A stretch of 64,000 nt of DNA from assembly GCA_965223345.1 (NCBI GenBank), contig CBDCWG010000012.1, positions 2,176,001 through 2,240,000 of the forward strand, read 5' to 3'. The DNA is from Nitrospinales bacterium (GTDB taxonomy: Bacteria; Nitrospinota; Nitrospinia; Nitrospinales; VA-1). Shown one piece after another: positions 20,978 through 31,189 of the stretch. The notes beneath the pieces were generated by a model. That model worked only from the letters and a program-made list of their open reading frames with translations. It made no database searches and was not told the DNA's origin. Numbering within the stretch: position 1 is the first letter of the stretch; the number at the start of each line of letters is the position of its first letter. The position numbers and the translations under genes are program-made.

Positions 20978-22452
20978 GGCTTCACCTTGAGATCGGTTCT
21001 GAGCGTGAATTTTTCCCCTTCCTTCTGATTGACGATGCTGCCCACGAATCCGGTTTCCCGGAACACGGTGGAGCGTTCCAGCAGCGGCACCAGCTTGGAA
21101 GCGGTGGAGGAGTAGCCTTTGATCTCCACTTCGTTTTTGGCGATCTTGAGATGCGTCAGCCAGGTGTCTTGGGGGATGTTGCGGCTCAGTTCGACCAGAA
21201 CCGGCAGCTTGGCCGGGTTCGCCGCATTGAGCGCGGCGATGCGGTCCGCGAATCGTTTCAGGGCCTCGAATTCCAAGTCGATTTTTTCCAGCTCTTTGGT
21301 CTGGATTTTGATTTCCTGCAACTGCTGGTTGAGCTTTTTGAGCGTCAGGTTGTTGTAGACGATTTTGTTGATGGACAGGCCGGCGAGCACCACCACCGCC
21401 GCTGCGGCGATGCCGAGGGTGGCTTTGATCGGCACGCTTTTCTTCGCCGGTTTCTGGTTTTCGGGCAGCAGGTTGGCCTCGATCTCCCGGCGCTGGATGC
21501 CCCGCAGGCCCAGGCTCAGCGCGGTGGAGAGGTAGGCTTTGGGAAAGGCTTTGTCCTTTTCGGCCCGTTCGATGTCATCGGCGGAGGCGCGGGCGGTTGC
21601 GGTTTCGGTGGCTTTTTGCAGCTGCCGTTCCAGAAAAGGGGCGAGGGTGCCGGCGTTTATGAGGTGGATGCGGCCGATCGACGCGTCGTCCTCGACGTTG
21701 CGGCACAGAGACAGGGTTTCGGCCAGCTCCTCGACCAGGATGCCGGTGAGTTTTCCGGAAAGTGCCAGGGTTTCCTGTTTGTCGAGTTTGCCCTGAAAGA
21801 ACGCGCGCTCGTAGGCGGGCAGGTCGAGGGGGACGAAACGGGAAAATGCCAGCGTCTTATCCTTGAGGATGGCGAGGTCGATGCCGCCGGGCGTCAGGTC
21901 GATCACCGCCGAAAGCCCGTCCTGAGAGCCGGGCTGCGACAGGGCGAGGCTGGCGTTGGCGAAAGGCGGCGCTTCCAGAACGGTCGGTTTGAGATTCAGT
22001 CTGCGCAGCAGGTTCAGGTGGTGCTCGGCGATCTCCTTGCGCACGGCGGCGGCGATGACGTGAAATTGTTTTCCCGCTTTCGCCGCGGCGTGGTAGCCGA
22101 AATAGAGATCCTCGAGCTGCGAAGAGAAATGCCGTTCCAGCTCGAAGGGAATCATGGGCAAAAGAGACTTCATGTCCGGCGCGGGCAGCTCGAAGTTCTG
22201 GAAGGTGAAATGGATGCGCGGCAGGCTGACGGCGACGTTTTGGGGCCACAGGTTCCATTGCGTCAACGCCTGGTTCATTTTCTCCAGAAAGGCCTGTTCG
22301 TTTTTATCGTCGCCGGGCACCAGCGGCCGGGTGCGGAAAAAATGCGTGCCGACGATCTCCACCGATCGCAGCTTTTTCCCGAGCAGGGTCAGCCCGACGC
22401 AATTCTCGCGGATGTCGATGCCCAGTGCGTGATCGAGATAAAGAGGCTTCAT
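20974..22452 (-). CDS. gspL: T2SS protein L / PilM-PilN-like fusion
   Basis: Actin-like LGIDI N-domain, NLLP+TM, LVELSRNIPQDTWL..IKGYS. Confidence 0.78.
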   Translation of the reverse strand: MKPLYLDHALGIDIRENCVGLTLLGKKLRSVEIVGTHFFRTRPLVPGDDKNEQAFLEKMNQALTQWNLWPQNVAVSLPRIHFTFQNFELPAPDMKSLLPMIPFELERHFSSQLEDLYFGYHAAAKAGKQFHVIAAAVRKEIAEHHLNLLRRLNLKPTVLEAPPFANASLALSQPGSQDGLSAVIDLTPGGIDLAILKDKTLAFSRFVPLDLPAYERAFFQGKLDKQETLALSGKLTGILVEELAETLSLCRNVEDDASIGRIHLINAGTLAPFLERQLQKATETATARASADDIERAEKDKAFPKAYLSTALSLGLRGIQRREIEANLLPENQKPAKKSVPIKATLGIAAAAVVVLAGLSINKIVYNNLTLKKLNQQLQEIKIQTKELEKIDLEFEALKRFADRIAALNAANPAKLPVLVELSRNIPQDTWLTHLKIAKNEVEIKGYSSTASKLVPLLERSTVFRETGFVGSIVNQKEGEKFTLRTDLKVKP

Positions 22453-23438
22453 GGCGCGTAGTGGTTGTCGTTCCAGTATTGGGTCAATAAAACGGGCTTT
22501 TCCCGTGTGCCGGATTTCAGGATCACCGCGGCAATGCTGTGGCGTGTGCGGCTGCCGTCGATGTGGCCGGTGGCCTCGATACGGAAATGGCTCGAGACCG
22601 TGTCGTTGTAGTAGCCTTTCTCCTCGCGCAGGCGCAGGATTTCCTCGACCTGCGATTCGTTGTACAGAATCGAGAGCACCGCAGGGTCCGCGGTGTTGGG
22701 GTTGACCGCGGGCACCGCATACGGCGTGAACAGCGCCCGGAGCCCCGGCCGCGCGTCTTCATCGTCCGTCTCGCTGCCGTTGAGGATCTCTTCGGTCATG
22801 CCGCGCACCTTGAGCAACTCGTCCATCGATTCGATGGGAGCGTTCTTGCAGGAATAGGGCGGGGTGAGCCCCTGATAGTGGTCGTCCTCGGCGCCGTTGA
22901 TGCGGTGGTTGGAGTCGGCGTCGATCCAGTCGAGGATGGAATCGGCGATGGTGTCGCGTTCTTCGCCGATCTCGACGCCCGCGCGTTCCAGCGCTTTGAT
23001 GAGCACCGAGCGCGGCGCGTTGTTGATGCCGATCTTGCTGTTCTCATCGCGGATCGTGTAGCTGAGCCTGCCGTTGCCGAGCGGCAGGTCTGTGCGGGGG
23101 ATGGGCACGTAGTCGGGAGGGCTTTCCTTTTTATCCTGCTGGGAAAAGCGCGCGGGCTGCCCGGCGGGGTTGGCCGGCGCTTTCGACTGCCCGGAAATCC
23201 AGCCGTGTTCCGGGTGGATGGAATGAAAGCGGGCGGGCTTTAGAATTTCCGCCTGGGCGAGCGTGATCCCGGCGCGCGCGAGCTGGTAGGCTTCGATGTC
23301 TTCCTTGTGATTGCGCGTGGTGTTCACTTCCGTCTTCATGGAATAGGCGAACTCGGTCGCCAGCGCCATCAGCAGCACCAGCACCCACAGGACCACCATC
23401 ATGGCGAGGCCGTTCTGATTGTTCTCAGGAGGTCGCAT
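22449..23438 (-). CDS. gspK: T2SS minor pseudopilin K
   Basis: GLAMMVVLWVL, DENSKIGIN, DSILDWIDAD, ELLKVRGM, VNPNTA. Confidence 0.9.
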   Translation of the reverse strand: MRPPENNQNGLAMMVVLWVLVLLMALATEFAYSMKTEVNTTRNHKEDIEAYQLARAGITLAQAEILKPARFHSIHPEHGWISGQSKAPANPAGQPARFSQQDKKESPPDYVPIPRTDLPLGNGRLSYTIRDENSKIGINNAPRSVLIKALERAGVEIGEERDTIADSILDWIDADSNHRINGAEDDHYQGLTPPYSCKNAPIESMDELLKVRGMTEEILNGSETDDEDARPGLRALFTPYAVPAVNPNTADPAVLSILYNESQVEEILRLREEKGYYNDTVSSHFRIEATGHIDGSRTRHSIAAVILKSGTREKPVLLTQYWNDNHYAP

Positions 23439-24258
23439 CTTTCTCCGGCTCCAGCAGCTTGAACTCCATTCCCGTGTGCAGGGGCACGACGATCGGCGGC
23501 GAATAACGGATCTGCGATTCCGCTTCCTGCCAGCCGATGCGGATTTCCACGCCTTTGGGCAGTGTGATGCTGCGCTTTTGTTCCTGGGGCGATTTCTGAC
23601 CCGGTGCGTCCTTTTTCGGCTCGGAGGCTTTTTCGTAACGCACCCGGTTCACCCAGGATCCTTTGTAGCGTTTGGCTGCGTTTTCGTTCTGCGCTGCGTT
23701 CGATCGCTCTTCTTCCAGGGTGTAATAGCGGAACCGCAGGTCCGCAACGTCCGCGGCGAGCAGAAAATGCCGCGCCCGCTTCGAGCGCTTGGGGTCCTTG
23801 GCGAACACGTCTTCCACGCCGATGTCCCGCTCCATCAGGATGACGCCCCGCTCCCCGGTCTGCGGATGCGCGCCCAGATACACCCGCACCTCGTGCGCCC
23901 AGGGCGGGGTGTTGTCGGCGGTGAGCGGCGTTGCGAAACTGATGAAGCGCAGGGAATCCGGCTCGCCTGCAAACGCCAGGGTCCGTTGCGCCGCCGAAGG
24001 CGTCTCCTGCCGGGCAAAGGTTTCCCCGTCTTTTTGCGCGACGAACAGGGGATAGGTGGATTTGATCTTTTGCGTGAGCTGTGCCTCGATGATGCGGAAA
24101 CGCTGAAAGGCTTCGGCTTTTTTCTCGCCCACATCGCGCGCCGACATGCCGAGGCGCACGCCGCTCATGGAGATGGCGACGATGAAGCCGACGATCCCGA
24201 GCGACAGGATGAGCTCCAGCAGGGTGAAGCCGTGGGCATTTTTGAGACGCAGCGTCAT
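23425..24258 (-). CDS. gspJ: T2SS minor pseudopilin J
   Basis: GFTLLELIL prepilin motif; LRFRYY..W..LPKGVEI. Confidence 0.82.
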   Translation of the reverse strand: MTLRLKNAHGFTLLELILSLGIVGFIVAISMSGVRLGMSARDVGEKKAEAFQRFRIIEAQLTQKIKSTYPLFVAQKDGETFARQETPSAAQRTLAFAGEPDSLRFISFATPLTADNTPPWAHEVRVYLGAHPQTGERGVILMERDIGVEDVFAKDPKRSKRARHFLLAADVADLRFRYYTLEEERSNAAQNENAAKRYKGSWVNRVRYEKASEPKKDAPGQKSPQEQKRSITLPKGVEIRIGWQEAESQIRYSPPIVVPLHTGMEFKLLEPEKDATS

Positions 24259-24263
24259 GCGAT

Positions 24264-24908
24264 TCAGTTCCCCGAGATATGTTGTGTGGGCGCGCCGCAG
24301 CCGAACGAAGCACCCGACACGTGCTGGCTTCCCTGGCAGGGATCGCTGTCCGGTGCGGTGAACGAAGGCGCGTCGGCTTTCGGAGTCTCGCCCGAATCCT
24401 CGCCCGGCGGTGTGTCCGCAGGCGGTGCGGCGCCGCCGCTGAACACGGCGAGCAGGGTGCGGTCGCTGCCGGGCTGCGTGGTGCCGTCCATCCGGAGCGT
24501 GGCGAGCTGCACGTTGCGCGCGCGTTTCCCTTCCTGCCAGTAAACGTTCAGGTGCACCTCCGACAATTGAATGCGCGATTCGGGATCGTTCAGCGGCGAA
24601 TCGTAAGGATTCACGTTCATTTCCCAGCGGTAGCCGCGTTCATCCTCGAAGGTGCCCGCGAGCGTGTCGGTCTGAAAATCCCGCAACTCCAACTCGCTCA
24701 GCTTGGAGCTGGCGAGCGTTACCGCTTTCAGGTACTGGTCGGACATCCCCACCGAGCGGATGCTGCTGGAAAACAGGTTGAGCACCGCCGTGAAGCCCAT
24801 CGCCATGATGGCGAGGGCGACGATCACCTCCAGCAGGGAAAAGCCGTCTTCAGCGTTCCTTTTGGACGATCCGGGAGCTCCCGGTGATGGGGTCGATGTC
24901 GATTTCAT
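24264..24908 (-). CDS. gspI: T2SS minor pseudopilin I with Pro-rich C-terminal extension
   Basis: GFSLLEVIVALAI prepilin motif; gene order H-I-J. Confidence 0.8.
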   Translation of the reverse strand: MKSTSTPSPGAPGSSKRNAEDGFSLLEVIVALAIMAMGFTAVLNLFSSSIRSVGMSDQYLKAVTLASSKLSELELRDFQTDTLAGTFEDERGYRWEMNVNPYDSPLNDPESRIQLSEVHLNVYWQEGKRARNVQLATLRMDGTTQPGSDRTLLAVFSGGAAPPADTPPGEDSGETPKADAPSFTAPDSDPCQGSQHVSGASFGCGAPTQHISGN

Positions 24909-25347
24909 AAAAAGTGTCTGCGTTCTTGCCGGTTGTTTTTTCGATGCGCACGCTGCCGCCGCTGGAGTTGCCGCCGGGATAAAACCGGATGGAGAACAGG
25001 CCGTCCTCGATCCGGCTGCTGTCCGCCGCCCTGTGAGCCAGGCGCAGGCCGGGTTTCAGGGATTGGTTCACCGAGGAACGGGTCAGCGCTTCGTCCGTCA
25101 GCCAGTAACGCCCGGTCTCTGTGTCGGCGTTGAAGGAAAAAACGGTTTTCAGCGTGATCGCCTCGCTGCGCGCGTACCGCAGCGTGGCGGCGATCTGCCG
25201 CGCTCCCGACCTGAGCTCCATCCGTTCCAGAGTGGACAGGACGAACGGCGTGGTCAGACCGGCGATGATGCCGATCAGAACCAGAACCAGGATCAGTTCG
25301 ATGAGCGTGAACCCCGAAGCGCCGTGCTTGGGGTTGGTTTCGTTCAT
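24850..25347 (-). CDS. gspH: T2SS minor pseudopilin H
   Basis: GFTLIELIL, LRYARSEAI, IRFYPGGNSSGG. Confidence 0.85.
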   Translation of the reverse strand: MNETNPKHGASGFTLIELILVLVLIGIIAGLTTPFVLSTLERMELRSGARQIAATLRYARSEAITLKTVFSFNADTETGRYWLTDEALTRSSVNQSLKPGLRLAHRAADSSRIEDGLFSIRFYPGGNSSGGSVRIEKTTGKNADTFYEIDIDPITGSSRIVQKER

Positions 25348-25754
25348 TCAAAGTTTTTCCAGCTGACGATGTCCTGATTGTTGTCCTCCCCGCCTTCCGC
25401 ATTGTCGGCGCCCAGGCTGATGAGATCGTAATCCCCGTGCTGGCCGGGGGAACGGTAGACGAATTCGTTGCCCCACGGGTCCTTGGGGACGGCTTTCTTC
25501 AGGTACGGTTTCAGGGCATCGAGCCCTTCATCGGAAGTGGGGTACTTGAATTTTTCCAGCCGGTGCAGATCCAGCGCCTGACCGAGCAGCTCGATCTGCG
25601 CCTGCGCTTCCTGCTGCAGGGCCTTGTCCACGTGTCCGAAAAACTTGGGCACGACGAGAGCGGCCAGAAGGCCGATGATCATCATGACCACCATCAGTTC
25701 GATGAGGGTGAACCCCCGTTGTGCGTGCCGATTGAGAAGAATGTGTGATTTCAT
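25344..25754 (-). CDS. gspG: T2SS major pseudopilin G
   Basis: GFTLIELMVV, YPTSDEGLDAL, PKDPWGN, YDLISLGAD; start reassigned to ATG 25754. Confidence 0.93.
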   Translation of the reverse strand: MKSHILLNRHAQRGFTLIELMVVMMIIGLLAALVVPKFFGHVDKALQQEAQAQIELLGQALDLHRLEKFKYPTSDEGLDALKPYLKKAVPKDPWGNEFVYRSPGQHGDYDLISLGADNAEGGEDNNQDIVSWKNFE

Positions 25755-25783
25755 GGCATTGATCGAAAAGGTGAATGGATGCG

Positions 25784-27016
25784 TTAAAAAGACACTTCGT
25801 TGATGCTGAAAATGGCCATCAGCATGGAGATGACGATGAACCCGATGATCCCCGCCATCAGCAGAATCATGAACGGTTCCAGTAAAGACAGGATCTGCTT
25901 GACGGCCTGTTCGACTTCCCGGTCGTAGGTTTTGGCGACTTTTTCCAGCATGGCGTCGAGCGTGCCGGAGGTTTCGCCCACGGTGATCATGTGGATCGCC
26001 ATGGGCGGGAACACGCCGGTTTCCTGCAGCGGGCCGGACAGCCCCTTGCCGCCTTTGAGGCCTTTCCTGAGGTGCGCCATCGCTCCGACGATGAGGCGGT
26101 TGCCGAGGATGGAACGCACGATTTCCAGCGCCGGCAGCACCGGCACGCCGCTTTTGAGCAGGGTGGCCAGCGTCAGGCTGAAGCGCGACACCTCGATTTT
26201 GCGGATCAGCGTGCCGAACAGCGGCAGCTTGAGGACCATGCCGTCCCACAGCAGACGGCCCTGTTCGTTTTTCAGGAACAGCGACAACCCGACTGCGCCG
26301 GCGATGAGCGCCAGAAGAAGCGCCCACCAGTAATCGGCGGCCATCCCGCTGATTCCAAGCATGATCTTCGTGGGCAAGGGCAGGGCCTGGCCCATTTCCT
26401 CGAACAGTTTGGAAAACTGCGGGATCACCACGGTGAGCAGCACAGCCACCGCGCCGCCGCCCACCAGAAACAGGATCGCGGGATAGACCATGGCCGAGCG
26501 GATGTTGTTTTTAAGTTCCTCGAGCTTTTCCAGGTAGTCGGCCAGCCGGGTGAGGGAGGTGCTGAGCGTGCCGCCGGTTTCGCCTGCGCGCACCATGTTG
26601 ATGTAGAGTTTCGAGAACACGCGCGGGTGCTCTTTCAGGGCGTCGGCGAAGGTCGTCCCCGAGTGCACGCGCTTTTGCACGTCGGACAGCACCGCGCGGG
26701 TCTTGTCCTTGTCCGCAAGCTTCACCAGGCTGGAGAGGCTCTGGTCCAGCGTCAGTCCCGAGTCCACCAGGGTGGCGAGCTGATGGGTGAGTGTCATCAG
26801 TTCCTTGTTGGAGATGCCGTTGAACCACTCCACGTTGGTTGGGAGTTTGAAATCCAGAGGCAGCCTGCTTTTTCCGGTCTTTCCCTCGGACACCTGGATG
26901 GGAAAGTAGTTGAGGCGCTGGATCGCTTTCACCGCTCTCTGGTAATCGGGGGCTTCCACGTCGCCTTCGACGCATTTGCCGCTGGGGTCGGTGGCCTTGT
27001 AAAAATAAACGGTCAT
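25784..27016 (-). CDS. gspF: T2SS inner membrane platform protein F
   Basis: QLATLVDSG, MVRAGETGG, AMVYP, GETSGTLD, LLEP. Confidence 0.93.
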   Translation of the reverse strand: MTVYFYKATDPSGKCVEGDVEAPDYQRAVKAIQRLNYFPIQVSEGKTGKSRLPLDFKLPTNVEWFNGISNKELMTLTHQLATLVDSGLTLDQSLSSLVKLADKDKTRAVLSDVQKRVHSGTTFADALKEHPRVFSKLYINMVRAGETGGTLSTSLTRLADYLEKLEELKNNIRSAMVYPAILFLVGGGAVAVLLTVVIPQFSKLFEEMGQALPLPTKIMLGISGMAADYWWALLLALIAGAVGLSLFLKNEQGRLLWDGMVLKLPLFGTLIRKIEVSRFSLTLATLLKSGVPVLPALEIVRSILGNRLIVGAMAHLRKGLKGGKGLSGPLQETGVFPPMAIHMITVGETSGTLDAMLEKVAKTYDREVEQAVKQILSLLEPFMILLMAGIIGFIVISMLMAIFSINEVSF

Positions 27017-27035
27017 GGATTCTCTTTCGTTTCTG

Positions 27036-28757
27036 TCAAGTGCGTTCGTTCAGGGTGACGCGCAGGATCTCTCCCACGGTGGTGATCCCCTGGATGACTT
27101 TTTTCCAGCCGTCTTCCCGGAGTGTCGTCATTCCGGTTTTGCGCGCGGCCTCGCGGATGGCCTGGGCGCTGGCCTTCTGTAAAATTAACTGACGGACGGC
27201 GTCGTCCACGATGAGCAATTCGTAAATGCCGGCCCGGCCGCGGAATCCGGTGTGGCTGCAATGTTTGCAGCCTTTGCCTTCGTAGACCGTCGCACCCGGC
27301 TTGGCGAACGGGCCCATTTCCTCGAGCAGGGCGGGGCTGAGTGTGGCCGGTGCTTTGCATTCGGGGCAGATCACGCGCACCAGCCGCTGGGCCAGAACCC
27401 CCAGCAGCGCCGAGGAGATGAGGAAATTTTCGATGCCCATGTCCAAAAGCCGGGTGATCGCGCCCGCCGCGTCGTTGGTGTGCACGGTGCTGAACACGAG
27501 ATGGCCGGTGAGCGCCGCCTGAATGGCGATCTCAGCGGTCTCGGGATCGCGCACCTCGCCGATCATGATGACGTCCGGGTCCTGCCGCACGATGGAGCGC
27601 AGGCCGCTGGCGAAGGTGAGGCCGATCTGCGGTTTGACGTGGATCTGGTTGATGCCGCGCATCTGGTATTCCACCGGATCCTCGACGGTGATGATTTTCT
27701 TGTCGGGCGTGTTGATCCGGTCGAGGGCGGCGTACAGGGTGGTGGTCTTGCCGCTGCCGGTGGGGCCGGTGACCAGCAGCTTGCCGTAGGGTTTGTGGAT
27801 CAGGTTTTCGAGCTGTTCGCGTTCCTTTGCGGGAAAGCCCAGGTGGTCGAGGTCCACCTTCAGGTTGCCGCGGTCGAGCACGCGCATGACCACGCTCTCG
27901 CCGTGCAGCGTGGGCAACGTCGAGACGCGCAGATCGACGTCCTTGCCCATGACTTTCATCTTGATGCGGCCGTCCTGCGGCAGCCGGCGCTCGGAGATGT
28001 CGAGTTTCGCCATGATCTTGATGCGCGTGCCGATAGCGGAGTGCAGTTTCTTGGGCGGCGATTCGAATTCGTGCAGGATGCCGTCGATGCGGTAGCGCAG
28101 GATGAGATCGTCTGCGAAGGGTTCGAGATGGATGTCGCTGGCGCGCATCTCGATGGCCTGGGAGAGGATGTGGTTGACCAGCTTGATGACCGGCGCTTCC
28201 GAGGCCATGTCGCGGATGTGCTCGGTGCTTTCCGCATCCGCATCGAGATCCTGTATGTCCTCGTCCTGGATTTTTTCCACCATGCGGTCCATGGCGGAGC
28301 CGCCTTCACCGTAATGCATCTCGATGTGCTGCACGATGTCCTGCTCGCTGGCGAGGGCGACGCGGATCTTTTTGCCGAGCGTCACCGTCAGGTTTTCCAG
28401 CGTGCCGCGGTCGAAAGGATCGAAGACGGCGACGGTCAGGGTGTCGTCATCCAGTTTCAGAGGCAGCAGGGTTTTTTCACGCAGAAACGTTTCCGGAATG
28501 TTGAGGCCGGCCACCGGCAGCGTGTAGCGGGAAAAATCCTCGGATTGCAGATAGGGCAGGCTCAACTCGGCGCTCAGGGTTTCCAGCAGCGTCTGCACGT
28601 AGATGTAGCCGTGGTCGGCGAGCGTCTTGCCGAGATATTTGCCGGTGTGGATGCGGGTCTCCTTCACCTCCTTGAGCGCCTTTTCGGAGATCTTGTTGTG
28701 GCGCAGAAGGATGCGTTCCACCGGATCGGTTTTTTTGAGTTTTGACATCGTTGTCAC
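27036..28757 (-). CDS. gspE: T2SS ATPase E
   Basis: RASDIHLEP, PQDGR, GPTGSGKTTTLY, RQDPD, STVHTN, tetracysteine motif. Confidence 0.95.
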   Translation of the reverse strand: MTTMSKLKKTDPVERILLRHNKISEKALKEVKETRIHTGKYLGKTLADHGYIYVQTLLETLSAELSLPYLQSEDFSRYTLPVAGLNIPETFLREKTLLPLKLDDDTLTVAVFDPFDRGTLENLTVTLGKKIRVALASEQDIVQHIEMHYGEGGSAMDRMVEKIQDEDIQDLDADAESTEHIRDMASEAPVIKLVNHILSQAIEMRASDIHLEPFADDLILRYRIDGILHEFESPPKKLHSAIGTRIKIMAKLDISERRLPQDGRIKMKVMGKDVDLRVSTLPTLHGESVVMRVLDRGNLKVDLDHLGFPAKEREQLENLIHKPYGKLLVTGPTGSGKTTTLYAALDRINTPDKKIITVEDPVEYQMRGINQIHVKPQIGLTFASGLRSIVRQDPDVIMIGEVRDPETAEIAIQAALTGHLVFSTVHTNDAAGAITRLLDMGIENFLISSALLGVLAQRLVRVICPECKAPATLSPALLEEMGPFAKPGATVYEGKGCKHCSHTGFRGRAGIYELLIVDDAVRQLILQKASAQAIREAARKTGMTTLREDGWKKVIQGITTVGEILRVTLNERT

Positions 28758-29647
28758 CTGCCGGAAATACGCGGCCGCGGGATGCCCACGGGCCGTTTTT
28801 TTTGCGTCTTATTTTTGTTCGCAGCGGCCGGTGGCATCGCCGCGCCGGAGATGCGGATCGAACGTGCGGTCGGGATGCGACGGGGCTGGTGCGTCGGCCG
28901 CGGCATCGGCGCGACCCGTTTTTTAGGCTGCTGGATCGCCCGGATCGTGCCCGGGTTGAACGAAGCGCTTTTCTGCGTGAACGCGTTGCCGTTTCTCTGG
29001 ATGGGGTCGCCGGTCCCTTTCTTCGCGAGTTTCAGGCGCAGCGTCGCGCCGCGCTGGTTGTCGAGGATCGCTTCGGTTTTGTCGATGCGCGCCAGCCGGT
29101 ATTCGCCTATCTGGGCGCCAAGCGGGTAGCCCTTGCGCTTGACCGGTTTTTTCCTGATGGAACGGTTCGCTTCCAGCACGCTCAGGTTGCCTTCGAGAAA
29201 GGCGAGGGGTTTGCCGGGCAGCAGCATCACGCCGGTCAGCTTGAGGTCGGGCGGCGGCACCCGCGGTGGCGGCGGAGCGGCGGGGCGGGGCGGGGGAGGA
29301 GGCGCTGCGGGGGGCGTGTGGTCCCTTCTTTCCTTGCGGAACAGGTTGGACTGAACGATGGACTGGATCACGCCGGGATGATACGGGTTGTTGCCGACCG
29401 GGATGACCTGCGGTGGGGCCGGCTGCGGGGACGCCGCCTCGGCGGGGATGTCGAGCGAATATTGGGGGTGGGTCCAGGTGCGGACGGACAGAAACAGCAA
29501 AAACCCGATGACGCCCAAAAGGATGCAATTGAGGGTGGTGGCGATCTTTCGCAAGAAAATGCCCCGCTCTGAAATTAAATCGATGATATTATTGAATTTT
29601 CCGCCCGGCGCGCTGACGCACACCCTGGAAACCGTGTTTCCGGGCAC
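28754..29647 (-). CDS. GspC-like Pro-rich bitopic protein (true start probably TTG ~29554)
   Basis: TM, NLF motif, poly-Pro, LKLTGVM..G..I..Y.L..I pattern; first gene of T2SS operon. Confidence 0.6.
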   Translation of the reverse strand: MPGNTVSRVCVSAPGGKFNNIIDLISERGIFLRKIATTLNCILLGVIGFLLFLSVRTWTHPQYSLDIPAEAASPQPAPPQVIPVGNNPYHPGVIQSIVQSNLFRKERRDHTPPAAPPPPPRPAAPPPPRVPPPDLKLTGVMLLPGKPLAFLEGNLSVLEANRSIRKKPVKRKGYPLGAQIGEYRLARIDKTEAILDNQRGATLRLKLAKKGTGDPIQRNGNAFTQKSASFNPGTIRAIQQPKKRVAPMPRPTHQPRRIPTARSIRISGAAMPPAAANKNKTQKKRPVGIPRPRISGR

Positions 29648-29855
29648 AGCTCCACACCCTTTTGTCTCGGATGTTCGGAGTGAAAACTTTACTTTATTTT
29701 CAAGGAGATGCGTGCGTGTCGGCGGGGTGGAAAAGAGGCAAATTTTTCCACTTTTGTTGCCTGAGTGGGAAAAAAGAGATCGTTGAAAATTTAAAAATGC
29801 TGAATTAAATTTTCTTTGTTTAAATTATATTCAAATTCATTTTTCGGGGGCGGCG

Positions 29856-30218
29856 GTGAGCGAGCAGCAATTGCTGGTGGAAGTGAAAAAACAGGTGCCG
29901 TTTCGGGTGTACGGCAAGGGGCCGGTGCTGGATCTGTTGCGGGAGATGGGGCATTTCGTCAACAAGAAGACGCCGCTCACGGTGACCGATGCGTTCCGTT
30001 CCGACGAGTCGGGCGAGATCGTCTGCGAATTGTCGCTGGAAGGCGGCGGCAGCTGCACGGCGGCGATCACCAATCTGAAGCTCGACATCACGCACCCGCT
30101 TTATCGCAGAGTGAAAAACTACCGCGCCGAGGTGGTGGACGAACTGGCGCAGCAGCAAACGCCGGATGTGAACAAGGCGTCGTTCAAGGTGGGAGATCTG
30201 TACAAGAAGAAAAAGTGA
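29856..30218 (+). CDS. Hypothetical protein
   Basis: Host-like codon usage, 120 aa, divergent from T2SS operon. Confidence 0.65.
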   Translation: MSEQQLLVEVKKQVPFRVYGKGPVLDLLREMGHFVNKKTPLTVTDAFRSDESGEIVCELSLEGGGSCTAAITNLKLDITHPLYRRVKNYRAEVVDELAQQQTPDVNKASFKVGDLYKKKK

Positions 30219-30299
30219 AACAAGTCTTTGAGTGCGGGAAGGATCGCTCAATGATACAAATCTTAAAACGAATGTATGATTTGGTTTTGTTAAATAAAT

Positions 30300-30716
30300 C
30301 TAAGGTTTCTTTAAGCGATTCAAGGCTTGACGCGCGGTGACGATCGGTATTTTTTTTGCCTTTTTTAAAGACAGCAAATCAGTTTTATCCCCACTGACAA
30401 TAAAATCTGCCTGGGATTGAATGGCTGTTGCTAAAATGGCATTGTCATCCGGGTCCGGTGAAATATCTATGGCAGGAAGAGAGTCGATCACAACAGCCAG
30501 GGCATCGATTTGATCGAGAAAGTCCGCGGATTGATCGGGAGGGATTCTTTCCCGAAGCTTTTTATACTCGAACACGCACCTCAATTCTTCCAATTGAGTT
30601 TTCGATGTGACCAGCTCAAACTTACCTTCCAGCCAAAGCTTTAACAACAAACCCGGCGGACCCGCTTCGGAGAGCAATCCCGAAACGATGACGTTGCTAT
30701 CGAGGACGATGCGCAC
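30300..30716 (-). CDS. PIN-domain toxin (VapC-like, PIN_3 type)
   Basis: MRIVLDSNVIVSGL, DPDDNAILATA, IVSGDKTDLL. Confidence 0.9.
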   Translation of the reverse strand: MRIVLDSNVIVSGLLSEAGPPGLLLKLWLEGKFELVTSKTQLEELRCVFEYKKLRERIPPDQSADFLDQIDALAVVIDSLPAIDISPDPDDNAILATAIQSQADFIVSGDKTDLLSLKKAKKIPIVTARQALNRLKKP

Positions 30717-30936
30717 GAGCCCACGTCACAGCTTCATTGGCAAGGTTCTTTGCTTCTTTTTCGGTCAGGTCTGAGTTCTGCTCTTGCATATCCATGACTG
30801 TTTGTCGAAGAATCTCGCGCCGCACCGCATCGTTCGCAAACTTTGAAAGGTCGCCTTTCTTGCCGCCCTTACGGGCAAGGAAAGAACGCACGGCCCGATC
30901 GGTTTCGTCCGGTATGCTTAAATTCCAGCGTGTCAT
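30697..30936 (-). CDS. Ribbon-helix-helix antitoxin
   Basis: RWNLSIPDETDRAVRSFLA..GDLSKF; overlaps PIN gene. Confidence 0.82.
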   Translation of the reverse strand: MTRWNLSIPDETDRAVRSFLARKGGKKGDLSKFANDAVRREILRQTVMDMQEQNSDLTEKEAKNLANEAVTWARAHRPR

Positions 30937-31189
30937 TTTTTATTCCTTATAGATGTTTATGCGCATATGCATCCATATTACTCTATATTGAGAATCCGGG
31001 CAAGAAATTCAGCCCCGATCAAGTTTGCAACAAAACTACGGAGAAGTGTTTAATTTTGGGGTGATTTGGAAGGTTTCGCAGGCCAAAACCCTAAGACATT
31101 TGGGGGGATCAGGGCTTCGAATGTCAGTGAAAATGGGCTTGAGGTCTGGAGTTCCGGGGAGCTTTAACGATTAAACTTCAGATTCTCAA

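Noticed and set aside
30240..31160. RHH-PIN region as a mobile element
   Set aside because: No transposase, integrase or terminal repeats seen; solo TA module
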